Positions 49,480 through 59,046 of a stretch of 64,000 nucleotides of DNA are shown piece after piece (within the stretch, counting starts at the first letter, position 1; the number at the start of each line of letters is the position of its first letter). The notes beneath the pieces are model-generated. The model did no database searches. It saw only the letters and a program-made list of their open reading frames with translations, and was not told the origin of the DNA. This DNA comes from Promethearchaeati archaeon SRVP18_Atabeyarchaeia-1 (lineage in GTDB: Archaea; Asgardarchaeota; Atabeyarchaeia; Atabeyarchaeales; Atabeyarchaeaceae), in contig CP147779.1 of the NCBI GenBank assembly GCA_037308085.1, forward strand, positions 352,001-416,000. The letters are read 5' to 3'. A program made the position numbers and the translations under genes.

Positions 49480-49743
49480 ATGGTTAGGGAAATCAAGTGT
49501 TCGTTCTGTGGTTCGGCCATCGGGTTCGGAACTGGAATAATGTATGTTAAGAACGATGGCGTAGTCATGAATTTCTGTTCATCGAAATGCAGAAAAAGCA
49601 TGATCAAGCTTCACAGGGATCCAAGAAAACTCAAGTGGACGATGATGCACCCGAGTTCCAAGTCGAAGAAAGGTGTACAGGAAGCAGCCAAGAGCCCCAA
49701 ACGCCCGCAAGGGGCGGAGAAGACTCTCCGGCGTCGCAGGTAG
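49480..49743 (+). CDS. rpl24e: 50S ribosomal protein eL24
   Basis: CSFCG, G.G.MYV..DG, FCSSKC and PRKLKWT. Confidence 0.96.
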   Translation: MVREIKCSFCGSAIGFGTGIMYVKNDGVVMNFCSSKCRKSMIKLHRDPRKLKWTMMHPSSKSKKGVQEAAKSPKRPQGAEKTLRRRR

Positions 49744-49783
49744 ACGGGGCAAGATAGAGTCAATTTGGGCAGATAGCGTTCAG

Positions 49784-50482
49784 CTATTGCTTCTTTGCTC
49801 GATCCATAAGGCAAGTTTCCAATAGAACGGATGAGAATCCCTTTAGATATTTCCTGTCATGTTCCTGAAATTCTCCGTTGAGTAACGCCGTCAGGGTCTT
49901 CCCTCCGCTTTCCTCGTTGATCTTTCCATCAGCCAATCCCAAGCAGGTCTTACGGAGTTCTTGAGTATGGTCGGGAAATTTCCTGGACCCATAGTCCCTG
50001 ACATATGAATCAATTTGCTTTGCCACTGATCTTGGAGCGCCTTTCTTTAGACCGGCTTCCCGTTCCCAGAGACCGAGTTCCTCGGTAGCTGTCTGGTCAG
50101 CGTCTGACGCATGAGCGACATTGACCCCCCCATATATCCCGTACTTGCCTCGAATGGTATCGGGTTCAGCTTTATGAGCGAAAGTTGATCCCAGCACTTT
50201 TCTTATCTGCTGAATAACGCCTTCACCTTCGACGCGCATTGCGACCACAGGACCAGAGGTAATGAATCTTACAAGCCAATCATAGAAGGGCTTTCCTTCG
50301 TGGACGGCGTAATGTCTCTTAGCCAACTGAGTTGATGCAACCATTTCTTTGAAAGCTGTAGGTATGAGACCGTTTGACAGAAGAATTTTTAACGTCTCGA
50401 CGCCTACAAATCTTCTAAGAACGGCATCAGGCTTTAATATCAGTAGACTCTCTTCAACCATTCTCATCATCAACCAGCCCAA
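49784..50482 (-). CDS. ndk: Nucleoside diphosphate kinase with C-terminal extension
   Basis: LKPDAV.R, HY..H..KPF, SGPVV, TIRG and N..HASD. Confidence 0.93.
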   Translation of the reverse strand: MGWLMMRMVEESLLILKPDAVLRRFVGVETLKILLSNGLIPTAFKEMVASTQLAKRHYAVHEGKPFYDWLVRFITSGPVVAMRVEGEGVIQQIRKVLGSTFAHKAEPDTIRGKYGIYGGVNVAHASDADQTATEELGLWEREAGLKKGAPRSVAKQIDSYVRDYGSRKFPDHTQELRKTCLGLADGKINEESGGKTLTALLNGEFQEHDRKYLKGFSSVLLETCLMDRAKKQ

Positions 50483-50580
50483 GTTGTATATCGATACCCA
50501 TTAAAACCATTCGGTTACTTTCTTGCTTCGTGACTGATGCTACTACTTATGTTAGCACATATCTGCTCAAGAGGAGTTGA

Positions 50581-52368
50581 TTGAAATTGCTGATCAGGCA
50601 ACCGATAGTTGCAGTGCTGGGACATGTAAACGCCGGCAAAACCACACTCCTTGATAGGATTCGCGGAACGGCAATAAGTCTAAAAGAGGCTGGTGGGCTG
50701 ACACAGCATATAGGTGCCTCAAATCTTCCCAGTACGACCATAGAGAAGATTTGTGGAGATCTGCTTGAGAAGTTCAAGATCAAACTCGCCATTCCGGGTC
50801 TTCTGATTATAGATACCCCAGGCCATGAGATCTTCATGAACTTGAGGCGCAGGGGGGGAGCCGTGGCAGATATAGCGATACTGGTAGTAGATTTCATGAA
50901 GGGTCTAGAGGCACAGACTTACGAATCTGTAAGCATCCTGAAATCAAGAAAGACGCCATTTATAATAGCCTATAACAAAGTCGACAGGGTAGAAGGTTGG
51001 AGACCGACTGAGAACGCGCCATTTGGTGAATCTATCAGCAAACAAGCTGATTTCGTAAAAAAGCTCGTTGACGAAAGGATATACGAACTCATCGGAGAAA
51101 TGTCAAAAGAAGGATTCAGCGCTGACCGCTTTGATGCAATTACAGATTTCACAAAGAATGTGGCGATTATTCCGACGAGCGCGAAGACTGGGGAGGGCAT
51201 ACCTGAGCTGCTTGCAATTCTTGCAGGGCTTACACAGAGCTTTATGATGGGCAGGTTGCAGGTTGAGCAAGGACCCGCGAAAGGAACAGTTCTAGAGGTC
51301 AGAGATGAACCAGGTCTAGGAACTACTATTGACGTGATTATCTACAATGGCATACTGAGAAAGGGAGATACAATCGTCGTGGGGGGAAAAGACAAGGCGC
51401 TGGTAACCAAGGTCCGTGGATTGGTGCAGCCAAAGCCTCTTGTGGAGACAGGCGAGTCACGCGACAAATTCACGCATGTCGAAGAAGTCTCGGCCGCGGC
51501 GGGCGTAAAAATAATCGCCCCAGAGCTTGTCCATGCAGTATCAGGTGCGCCGCTGGTAGTCGCCAGCACTGAGCAGGACATCCAACGCGCCGTCGCGGAT
51601 ATCACCTCTGAGATAAATCGCATTAAGATCAACACAGACACGAAAGGAGTCATCCTCAAAGTCGACACACTGGGAGCGCTTGAGGCAATCGTGAAATACC
51701 TCGAAGACAGGAAGATACCCATAAGAATAGCCGATGTCAGTGACGTGTCCAAAAGGGACATCATGGAAGCGGCTGCTGTGAAGGAAGACGCACCCTTTTC
51801 GGCCGTTGTCCTCTCTTTCAATGTAAGGGTCATGCCAGAAGCAAAGGAAGAAGCTGACAGGCTCGAGATACCGGTCTTCAAGAACGACGTCGTGTACAAG
51901 CTGGTTGACGAATACGAGGGATGGGTAAAGGAGAGGAAGGAAGAGGAGAAAAGAAAAACAGTAAGCTCACTCGTGCTGCCAGCCAAGATAAAGATACTTC
52001 CAGGCTACATCTTCAGACGAAGCCATCCAGTCATAGTTGGAGTCGAGGTGCTTGCAGGAACGGCAAGGGCGAAAACAGGTTTGATAACTGAGAAGGGAGA
52101 CGACGCCGGCGAAATCGCCCAAATGCAGGACGAAGGAAAAACAGTCGCGCAAGCAACGAAAGGGCGGCAAGTGGCCGTCTCAATAAAAGGGAATATCCTT
52201 GTGGGCAGGCAGATCAACGAGGGCGACATCTTATATGCAAACATACCCGAACAAGATATCAGGATATTAAGAACAAAGCTTGAAGACGAACTCACTTCTG
52301 ACGATCTTCAAGTGTTGTCTGAGTTCATCGAGATAAAAAGGAAGAAGAACCCTGTTTTCGCCCTCTAA
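50581..52368 (+). CDS. infB: Translation initiation factor aIF5B (IF2)
   Basis: RQPIV.VLGHVNAGKT, TQHIGA, DTPGHE and NKVD. Confidence 0.96.
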   Translation: MKLLIRQPIVAVLGHVNAGKTTLLDRIRGTAISLKEAGGLTQHIGASNLPSTTIEKICGDLLEKFKIKLAIPGLLIIDTPGHEIFMNLRRRGGAVADIAILVVDFMKGLEAQTYESVSILKSRKTPFIIAYNKVDRVEGWRPTENAPFGESISKQADFVKKLVDERIYELIGEMSKEGFSADRFDAITDFTKNVAIIPTSAKTGEGIPELLAILAGLTQSFMMGRLQVEQGPAKGTVLEVRDEPGLGTTIDVIIYNGILRKGDTIVVGGKDKALVTKVRGLVQPKPLVETGESRDKFTHVEEVSAAAGVKIIAPELVHAVSGAPLVVASTEQDIQRAVADITSEINRIKINTDTKGVILKVDTLGALEAIVKYLEDRKIPIRIADVSDVSKRDIMEAAAVKEDAPFSAVVLSFNVRVMPEAKEEADRLEIPVFKNDVVYKLVDEYEGWVKERKEEEKRKTVSSLVLPAKIKILPGYIFRRSHPVIVGVEVLAGTARAKTGLITEKGDDAGEIAQMQDEGKTVAQATKGRQVAVSIKGNILVGRQINEGDILYANIPEQDIRILRTKLEDELTSDDLQVLSEFIEIKRKKNPVFAL

Positions 52369-52440
52369 GAATAAATAGATATAAAAACGCTTGATGTCTT
52401 ACCTACTGAGACATAAAAAACAGCGGAGGAATAGCAAACA

Positions 52441-52854
52441 GTGCCAGGAGTCAAGTTGGTTTTATCAGATCCCGCGACAAAGAAAGCCTACCAGATGGAG
52501 ATTAGTGATGACAAGGCGAGATCAATTCTGGGACGGAAGATGGGAGAAACCATAAGTGGAGAGACATTGGGACTTAAAGGATATGAAATCCTGATCACGG
52601 GTGGAAGCGACAAGGATGGTTTTCCGATGCGTGAGGATGTGCATGGAGAAGGCAGAAAAAAGATTCTGCTCGCAAGCGGTACCGGTTATCGCCCAACCGA
52701 GAAGGGAGTAAGGAAAAGAAAAATGATCAGAGGAAGCACAGTTACGCTCGAAATAGTCCAAGTAAATACCAAGGTCACCAAAAAGGGAGAGAAATCTCTT
52801 GAAGAGATCATCGGCAGCGGCGCCGTAGGAAAGAAGGAGGCTGAAAAGGATTAG
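52441..52854 (+). CDS. rps6e: 30S ribosomal protein eS6
   Basis: ITGGSDKDGFPM and RKRK..RG. Confidence 0.97.
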   Translation: MPGVKLVLSDPATKKAYQMEISDDKARSILGRKMGETISGETLGLKGYEILITGGSDKDGFPMREDVHGEGRKKILLASGTGYRPTEKGVRKRKMIRGSTVTLEIVQVNTKVTKKGEKSLEEIIGSGAVGKKEAEKD

Positions 52855-52903
52855 CTTGGACACACCGCTCATAGAGAGAGGAACCCCACTGAGGTGAGAG
52901 GAG

Positions 52904-54175
52904 ATTACCGAAGCCACCGAGAAAGAAAATGCTGACACGATACAAGCAGAGTTGAACATAGGCACCTGTGGCCATGTTGATCACGGGAAAACAACGCTTG
53001 TCAAAACCCTCTCGGGTGAGTGGACTATTAGGCATTCAGAGGAAATCAGAAGAGGAGTGACGATCAAGCTGGGATATGCCGACACGACAATCATGAGATG
53101 TTCCAAGTGTTCGGCTCCCGAATGCTATACAACAGATGCCATCGCCAAAGGAAAATGCCCCCGTTGTGGTGGAGATCTAGAGGTCCTCCGTAAAGTCTCC
53201 TTCGTTGACTCGCCCGGACACGAAATACTAATGGCCACAATGTTATCCGGCGCAGCGATAATAGATGGAGCGATCCTCGTAATAGCGGCAAATGAACCCT
53301 GTCCTCAGCCGCAGACTAGGGAGCATTTGGTGGCCTTGGAAATAATAGGTGTCAAGAATATTGTCATCGTCCAAAACAAGATCGAATTGGTTCCACGAGA
53401 GAAAGCTTTGGAGAACTATAAGCAGATAGTTCGCTTCACTAAAGGAACCACGGCAGAGCACGCACCCATCATACCAGTTTCAGCGATACATGGTGCAAAT
53501 ATCGACTATTTGGTCAAAGCCATTGAAGACAAGATTCCCACTCCACAGAGAGATCCCTCGAAGCCCATACGCATGTACGTTGCGCGCTCATTCGACGTTA
53601 ATAGACCCGGCGCAGAGCCCGATGAGCTTGTCGGAGGAGTAATCGGAGGATCGATACTTCAGGGAGCACTGGATGTAGGAGAGGAGATAGAGATTCGCCC
53701 AGGGGTGAAGACAAATGAGGGCGGCAAGGAAAGACACACCCCGATCTTCACAAAGGTTACGAGCTTGTCGGCTGGAAAGCAGATTAGATTGAAGGAAGCT
53801 AAACCAGGGGGGTTGATAGGAGTGGGCACAATGCTGGACCCTTCGCTTACCAAGGCTGACGGTTTAGTGGGAAGCGTCCTAGGCAGACCCGGTACACCTC
53901 CACCCGTATGGAATCAATTCACAGTTCATTATACGCTCCTAGAAAGGGCTGTCGGAACGGTCGGACAGGAACTAGTCGCGGCGATGCGGACAAACGAATT
54001 GCTCATGTTGAATGTGGGTACGGCAACCACAGCAGGGCTAATCACAAGCGCGAGAAGCGATGTCGCTGACATCAAACTAAACAGGCCAGTCTGCGCCGAG
54101 GAGGGCTCCAGGGTCGCAATAAGCAGGAGAATTTCTGGCAGGTGGAGACTAATCGGGTGGGGAAAGATCGACTAG
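52904..54175 (+). CDS. eif2g: Translation initiation factor aIF2 gamma; probable ATT start
   Basis: [24 protein letters not shown], zinc knuckle, D.PGHE, QNKI and WRLIGWG. The conserved QAE lies upstream of TTG 52952. Confidence 0.95.
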   Translation: MTEATEKENADTIQAELNIGTCGHVDHGKTTLVKTLSGEWTIRHSEEIRRGVTIKLGYADTTIMRCSKCSAPECYTTDAIAKGKCPRCGGDLEVLRKVSFVDSPGHEILMATMLSGAAIIDGAILVIAANEPCPQPQTREHLVALEIIGVKNIVIVQNKIELVPREKALENYKQIVRFTKGTTAEHAPIIPVSAIHGANIDYLVKAIEDKIPTPQRDPSKPIRMYVARSFDVNRPGAEPDELVGGVIGGSILQGALDVGEEIEIRPGVKTNEGGKERHTPIFTKVTSLSAGKQIRLKEAKPGGLIGVGTMLDPSLTKADGLVGSVLGRPGTPPPVWNQFTVHYTLLERAVGTVGQELVAAMRTNELLMLNVGTATTAGLITSARSDVADIKLNRPVCAEEGSRVAISRRISGRWRLIGWGKID

Positions 54176-54207
54176 AGGGCCAGAAGTGATTTCGGAGTAT
54201 TGGGCTC

Positions 54208-54669
54208 ATGATACCCGAAAAAAGAGAACACAATTGGCTCAAGGTGATATTCGACTCAAGCATGCTAATAGATCTCCCTGAACTCAAAATCGATCTTGTG
54301 ACCGAAACTGAAAGGGTTCTGTCAACAAAATTCATTCCAATAGTTCTGGCCGGGACAATATCAGAGATCAGGGACGTCCTGAAGAGAGCAAGTGGAGGGA
54401 AAAGAAAAAAGGAGTTAACACTTGTCCTCCAGATTGCTGAGAAGTTTAATAAGTTGAACTACTTTCCATTAAACAACGAAGACATGGACGAGGTCGTATT
54501 TCGGGCTGCGAAAGAGCTGAAGGCCGTCGTAGCTTGTAACGACTATGAACTCAGGAAAAAGCTAGTTAAAGCAGGAATGCCCGTATTGTTCGTGCGCGGC
54601 AAATCCCACATGGAGTTGGACGGTTACTTGGACGATCTAGGAACTCATTCCACAAGCCCAGTCATTTAG
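54208..54669 (+). CDS. PIN-domain protein (Fcf1/Utp24-like)
   Basis: IFDSS, E, D and ND.EL acidic PIN pattern; conserved position after aIF2gamma. Confidence 0.8.
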   Translation: MIPEKREHNWLKVIFDSSMLIDLPELKIDLVTETERVLSTKFIPIVLAGTISEIRDVLKRASGGKRKKELTLVLQIAEKFNKLNYFPLNNEDMDEVVFRAAKELKAVVACNDYELRKKLVKAGMPVLFVRGKSHMELDGYLDDLGTHSTSPVI

Positions 54670-54727
54670 CATCAAAGCTTAAAAGAGCGATGGAATTCTG
54701 TGATACCTCTGCGAGGAGACTACTGTC

Positions 54728-55378
54728 ATGTACAAACTAGTAACAGTTAAGGACATAATCAGAATACCTCCCGACCGCTTCGGAGAAGACATTGAAAAGG
54801 TGGCAATGGACATGCTTAACAAGGACTATGGGGGCGTGTCTGACCTAGACATAGGCTTTGTGATAAGCATAGTCGGAGTGGACAACGTCGGAATTGGCAA
54901 GCTGATACCAGGCGATGGGGGAGCTTATCACGAGGTGACCTTCAAGGTACTTACTTTCAAACCGCAGCCTCAGGAAGTAATCGAAGGAGAGGTCGTCGAG
55001 ATCGTCGAATTTGGAGCCTTCATAAGACTAGGACCTACCGATGGTCTCTGTCATGTGAGTCAGGTCACGGACGACTTCATATCATACAATATGAAGAAAT
55101 CACAACTTCTTGCAAAAGAGTCGAGAAGGATCCTGAGCGAGGGGGACAAGGTTCGTGCAAGAATTATCGCCATATCGCTCGGCGAGGGCAGCAGACGAGG
55201 CAAAATCGGCCTGACAATGAGACAACCGTTCCTAGGAAAACTGGATTGGTTCCGAAAAGAAGAGAAAGAGCAGAAGGAAGGAGCCGAACAGAAAGAGCCA
55301 AAGGAACTCGAGGAGCAGAAAGAGGAAAAGGATGAGGGAAAAAGGAAAGAGAAAGAGCCGGCTGAGGCCGCACAGTAG
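54728..55378 (+). CDS. rpoE1: RNA polymerase subunit Rpo7 (E')
   Basis: RIPP..F, GDG..Y, FGAF...GP.DGL.H.SQ and GLTMRQP.LG. Confidence 0.96.
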   Translation: MYKLVTVKDIIRIPPDRFGEDIEKVAMDMLNKDYGGVSDLDIGFVISIVGVDNVGIGKLIPGDGGAYHEVTFKVLTFKPQPQEVIEGEVVEIVEFGAFIRLGPTDGLCHVSQVTDDFISYNMKKSQLLAKESRRILSEGDKVRARIIAISLGEGSRRGKIGLTMRQPFLGKLDWFRKEEKEQKEGAEQKEPKELEEQKEEKDEGKRKEKEPAEAAQ

Positions 55379-55467
55379 CGCCATTAGGGACGAAACTGGC
55401 AGAAACCCTTGAGATGCTCTTTGTTTGGCCTGCAACTAAAAGATCAAGAGGAGATAGCTAACTACCG

Positions 55468-55662
55468 ATGAGAGGAAAGGCTTGCAGAAACTGCAACTTG
55501 ATTGTGAGTGGAACCGCCAAACGCTCTTGTGAAAACTGTAAATCCTCTGACTTTTCCACGGATTATCAGGGGTTAGTCATAATCATAGATCCCGAAAGAT
55601 CCATGATTGCCAAGAAACTAGACGTGACGAGGAAAGGATGGTATGCAATCAAGGTCCGATAA
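55468..55662 (+). CDS. spt4: Transcription elongation factor Spt4 (RpoE'')
   Basis: ACRNC, C.NC, G..II.DPE.S.IA and G.YA.KV. Confidence 0.95.
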   Translation: MRGKACRNCNLIVSGTAKRSCENCKSSDFSTDYQGLVIIIDPERSMIAKKLDVTRKGWYAIKVR

Positions 55663-56185
55663 TAAGCACAAGACAGCCAAACTGCCTGACTCACTTCGAG
55701 AGGAATTATCCAAACCTCGTGGAAAACTTGTGAAGGGAAAGCAAGCCGAAGTCTCAAGAAGAGTATTCGAGTTCCTTGAGAATTCAAAACCCTCCAAGAT
55801 AATCACCGTGGGGGATGTCGTGACCCGCAGCATGATCGATGCCGGGCTTAGACCCGACTTATCAATCGTAGACGGAAAGACTCTGAGAGGTCCAGAAGAG
55901 AGCATTGACTACCCGGTCGACAGAACGTACCCTCTGGTCAACCCTCCAGGTCTCATAACTGCAAACGCGTGGAAAATCATTGGGAAAGCGTTAAAAGAAA
56001 AAGGAAAAATCAAGGTAGTTGTAGACGGAGAAGAGGATCTGCTCGGAATACTTGTAGTCTTACTAGCCCCGAAGGGAAGTCTGATGCTATACGGACAACC
56101 AAGGGAAGGGATTGTAATAGTAACTGTGGACGAACAAGCAAGAAGGTTCGCCAAGGGAATACTCAAACAAATGGAGGAACAGTGA
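55643..56185 (+). CDS. GTP-dependent dephospho-CoA kinase (DUF359)
   Basis: VGDVVT, VDGKT.R, NPPG, VDGEEDL and YGQP..G. Confidence 0.9.
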   Translation: MQSRSDNKHKTAKLPDSLREELSKPRGKLVKGKQAEVSRRVFEFLENSKPSKIITVGDVVTRSMIDAGLRPDLSIVDGKTLRGPEESIDYPVDRTYPLVNPPGLITANAWKIIGKALKEKGKIKVVVDGEEDLLGILVVLLAPKGSLMLYGQPREGIVIVTVDEQARRFAKGILKQMEEQ

Positions 56186-56583
56186 AATTGAGCCTAAAGA
56201 TCGATGTATTATCGGATCAGGAGGACAAGCTTCTAGAAAGGAGGCAGATCAGCTTCAGGATCACCCATGCCAAGACAGCCACTCCTAAACGTATTGATAT
56301 ACGCAAGGAGTTAGCGGATCAACTGAAAGTGGATCCCGAGACGATAGTCCTGAGACCCCTACGCCAGAAGTTCGGCAAAGGCGAGGCAGACGGAACCGCC
56401 CTAGTGTACAAGTCGGTTGAGAGGGCACACCTCATCGAGCGCAACTATCTTTCAGACAGACTCAAACCCAAAGAAAAGAAGGAAGAGAAGGAAGAGAAAC
56501 CCGCCGCAGAGAAACCTCCGAAGGAAGAGAAGAAGGCGGAGAAGAAGGCAGAAAAGAAAGAGGAGAAGAAGGATGTCAAGTGA
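56182..56583 (+). CDS. rps24e: 30S ribosomal protein eS24 with K/E tail
   Basis: LL.RRQI, ATP.R and FG.....G...VY; GTG start overlapping the upstream TGA. Confidence 0.93.
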   Translation: MKLSLKIDVLSDQEDKLLERRQISFRITHAKTATPKRIDIRKELADQLKVDPETIVLRPLRQKFGKGEADGTALVYKSVERAHLIERNYLSDRLKPKEKKEEKEEKPAAEKPPKEEKKAEKKAEKKEEKKDVK

Positions 56584-57058
56584 AGAAGCAAAGAAAAAGA
56601 AGCCGACAGCTGAAGAAGCAGGGAAGAAGCCAACAGCTGGTGTAGCCGCAAAGAAGCCAACAGCTGAAGAAGCAGGGAAGAAGCCAACAGCTGGTGTAGC
56701 CGCAAAGAAGCCAACAGCTGAAGAAGCAGGGAAGAAGCCAACAGCTGGTGTAGCCGCAAAGAAGCCAACAGCTGAAGAAGCCGCAAAGAAGCCAGCAGCT
56801 GAAGAAGCCGCAAAGAAGCCAGCACCCGCAGTGGCGCCAAGGAAGCCAGCAGCTGAAGAAGCCGCAAAGAAGAAAAAGAAGAAGGCTGTCAAAGCATCCT
56901 CGTACTATAAGATCGCCGACGGGGGCGCTCTGCAAAGGAAGCTGCGATCCTGCCCCAGATGTGGCCCAGGAACCTTTCTCGCCGAGCACTACGACCGAAT
57001 CTCGTGCGGCAAGTGCGGGTATTCAGAATACAAGCGCAAGGGTGAGCCCTCTGGTTGA
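56573..57058 (+). CDS. rps27ae: 30S ribosomal protein eS31 (S27ae) with repetitive K/A/P/E N-terminal extension
   Basis: C-terminal YYK...CPRCGPG.FLA.H.DR..CGKCGY; ATG at 56573. Confidence 0.95.
   Translation: MSSEEAKKKKPTAEEAGKKPTAGVAAKKPTAEEAGKKPTAGVAAKKPTAEEAGKKPTAGVAAKKPTAEEAAKKPAAEEAAKKPAPAVAPRKPAAEEAAKKKKKKAVKASSYYKIADGGALQRKLRSCPRCGPGTFLAEHYDRISCGKCGYSEYKRKGEPSG
56597..56866 (+). repeat. Coding tandem repeat: 10 x 27 bp, the first six units forming three near-perfect 54-bp copies
   Basis: AAGAAGCCAACAGCTGAAGAAGCAGGG alternates with AAGAAGCCAACAGCTGGTGTAGCCGCA, encoding KKPTAEEAG and KKPTAGVAA. Confidence 0.95.
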
Positions 57059-57350
57059 TCTGGGCGGTTTCCTTGCTCGAATCCACTCTATCTCATTTTG
57101 TAGTGTTACGCTGACAGCGGAACCCATCCGTTTTTCCGCACCGGTATATTAATCCTGTTGACAGCTGTTTGCGGTCGCTGTTCGTGCGCTTGTTCCGTGT
57201 TTTGCATCCCCTTGTTCCTGCGGAAGAGGTTTAGCGCCTTGAGCGTGTATTGGGGAAAGGTAATTAATAGACTTGGTTGAAGTGTAATCTAATGGAAAGG
57301 GACTTGGACTCTGGGAATTGGCAACCTATTATTGTTGCGGATGGACGAGT

Positions 57351-58361
57351 ATGTTTGAAGCAGGAAGACCTCTGATTTGTCTGGGGATCGAAGGCACTGC
57401 TCACACGGTAGGCGTCGGGATCGTTAATAGCGAGGGTAGGGTCTTAGCCAACCCCAGAAGCGAGTATGTTCCCAAGCAAGGAGGGATACATCCCCGAGAG
57501 GCGGCTGAGCACCACGCGTTGACGGTCTCCAAGCTGGTTGAGGAGGCGCTCCAGATAGCAGAGTTGAAGGAGAGGAGCGTCGATGTCATTTCATTTTCGA
57601 TGGGTCCAGGGCTAGGTCCGTGTCTGCGCGTCGTCGCAACCGCCGCCAGAACCCTTTCATACTTGTTCAAGAAGCCTCTTGTGGGCGTTAACCACTGTCT
57701 AGCCCACATCGAGATAGGGAGACTAGCTACAAAGGCAGCAGATCCTCTGACATTATATGTGAGTGGAGGAAACACGATCGTTACGGCATTTGAGTCTGGA
57801 CGTTACAGAGTTTTCGGCGAGACGCTTGATATTGCCGTCGGTAATTTGCTCGATGCCTTTGCAAGACAGGCTGGAATATCCCACCCTGGAGGACCGAAAA
57901 TCGAACGATTCGCTTTAGGAGGGAAGGATCTTCTCGATTTGCCTTACACGGTGAAGGGAATGGATTTATCGTTCTCAGGTCTCCTTACCGCAGCAACTGA
58001 TGTACTGAGAAGCGACAAGTATCGTCTAGAGGACATATGCTACAGCCTGCAGGAAGTAGCTTTCTCAATGCTTGCGGAGGTCACTGAGCGGGCTCTTGCG
58101 CATACGGAGAAGAAAACTGTACTACTTACTGGTGGCGTTGCAGCTAACAAGAGATTGCAGGAAATGGTGTCAATGATCTCAAAGGAGCACGGGGCTCAAT
58201 TCAACGTTGTCCCGGCTGAATATGCTGGCGACAACGGAGCCATGATAGGTTGGATGGGAATCATTCAGTTCAAATCAGGCATGACTTCGCCAGTCGAAGA
58301 GTCTTTCATAAGGCCCAAGTGGCGCCTTGATGAGGTAGATGTTCCATGGAGAAAGAACTGA
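57351..58361 (+). CDS. kae1: KEOPS t6A synthase Kae1
   Basis: LGIEGTAH, GGIHP, GPGLGP, HC.AH, SGG.T and DNGAMI. Confidence 0.96.
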   Translation: MFEAGRPLICLGIEGTAHTVGVGIVNSEGRVLANPRSEYVPKQGGIHPREAAEHHALTVSKLVEEALQIAELKERSVDVISFSMGPGLGPCLRVVATAARTLSYLFKKPLVGVNHCLAHIEIGRLATKAADPLTLYVSGGNTIVTAFESGRYRVFGETLDIAVGNLLDAFARQAGISHPGGPKIERFALGGKDLLDLPYTVKGMDLSFSGLLTAATDVLRSDKYRLEDICYSLQEVAFSMLAEVTERALAHTEKKTVLLTGGVAANKRLQEMVSMISKEHGAQFNVVPAEYAGDNGAMIGWMGIIQFKSGMTSPVEESFIRPKWRLDEVDVPWRKN

Positions 58362-58370
58362 CGGGGGCGC

Positions 58371-59024
58371 ATGACTAATATGCTCTTCAAGAAAGGGGCC
58401 GAGGCTTATCTCTACAAGGAGAACTGGTACGGCTTGGAGGTCATAAGAAAGAAGAGAGTCCAGAAAAGCTACAGAGCTCAGCAACTGGATTCTAGTATCA
58501 GACGATCTAGGACGGTACGTGAAGCAAGGCTTATGTTTGAAGCTTGTAGACTCGGGGTCCCCACTCCAAGCATATACTTTGTTGACCAACCTGAGTCGAC
58601 AATTATTATGGAATATATCGAGGGTAGCAAGTTAAAGGATGTTGTGGATTCACTGCAACAAGAAGTACGAGACAAGATTTTCGAGAGGGTGGGTCAACAG
58701 ATCGGGGTACTGCACGCGAACGACATAATACACGGCGACTTAACTACCTCCAACATGATCCTTACTCCCTCGCAGAAAATATTCTTCGTCGACTTTGGAC
58801 TTGGGGAGTTCTCGTCATCAATCGAAGATAAGGGAGTGGACATGCATCTAATGCATAGGGCGTTGGAAAGCACACATTATGCTAATTCCCTCCAAGCATA
58901 CAGATCGATTGTCGAAAGATATGAAAAGACAATCGGCGAAAAAAGCGCTGCAGAGATAATGAATAGAGTCCACGAAATTGAGTTGAGAGGTAGGTACTTT
59001 AAACGCGAGGCGAGTAGAACTTAG
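58371..59024 (+). CDS. bud32: KEOPS kinase Bud32
   Basis: GAEA, K.YR...LD, HGDLTTSN, DFGL and RGRY. Confidence 0.95.
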   Translation: MTNMLFKKGAEAYLYKENWYGLEVIRKKRVQKSYRAQQLDSSIRRSRTVREARLMFEACRLGVPTPSIYFVDQPESTIIMEYIEGSKLKDVVDSLQQEVRDKIFERVGQQIGVLHANDIIHGDLTTSNMILTPSQKIFFVDFGLGEFSSSIEDKGVDMHLMHRALESTHYANSLQAYRSIVERYEKTIGEKSAAEIMNRVHEIELRGRYFKREASRT

Positions 59025-59046
59025 AACGCCGAGAGGTTTGCTAGTA

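Noticed and set aside
55969-56572. Long N-terminal extensions of the rps24e and rps27ae ORFs in the track (also rps3ae 61909, fni 47179, ipk 47360, rpl24 20372)
   Set aside because: They overlap neighbouring genes or promoters; downstream starts that match homologue N-termini, several with SD motifs, fit better.
56597-56866. Possible CRISPR array
   Set aside because: The units are contiguous in-frame coding repeats with no unique spacers, and there are no cas genes.
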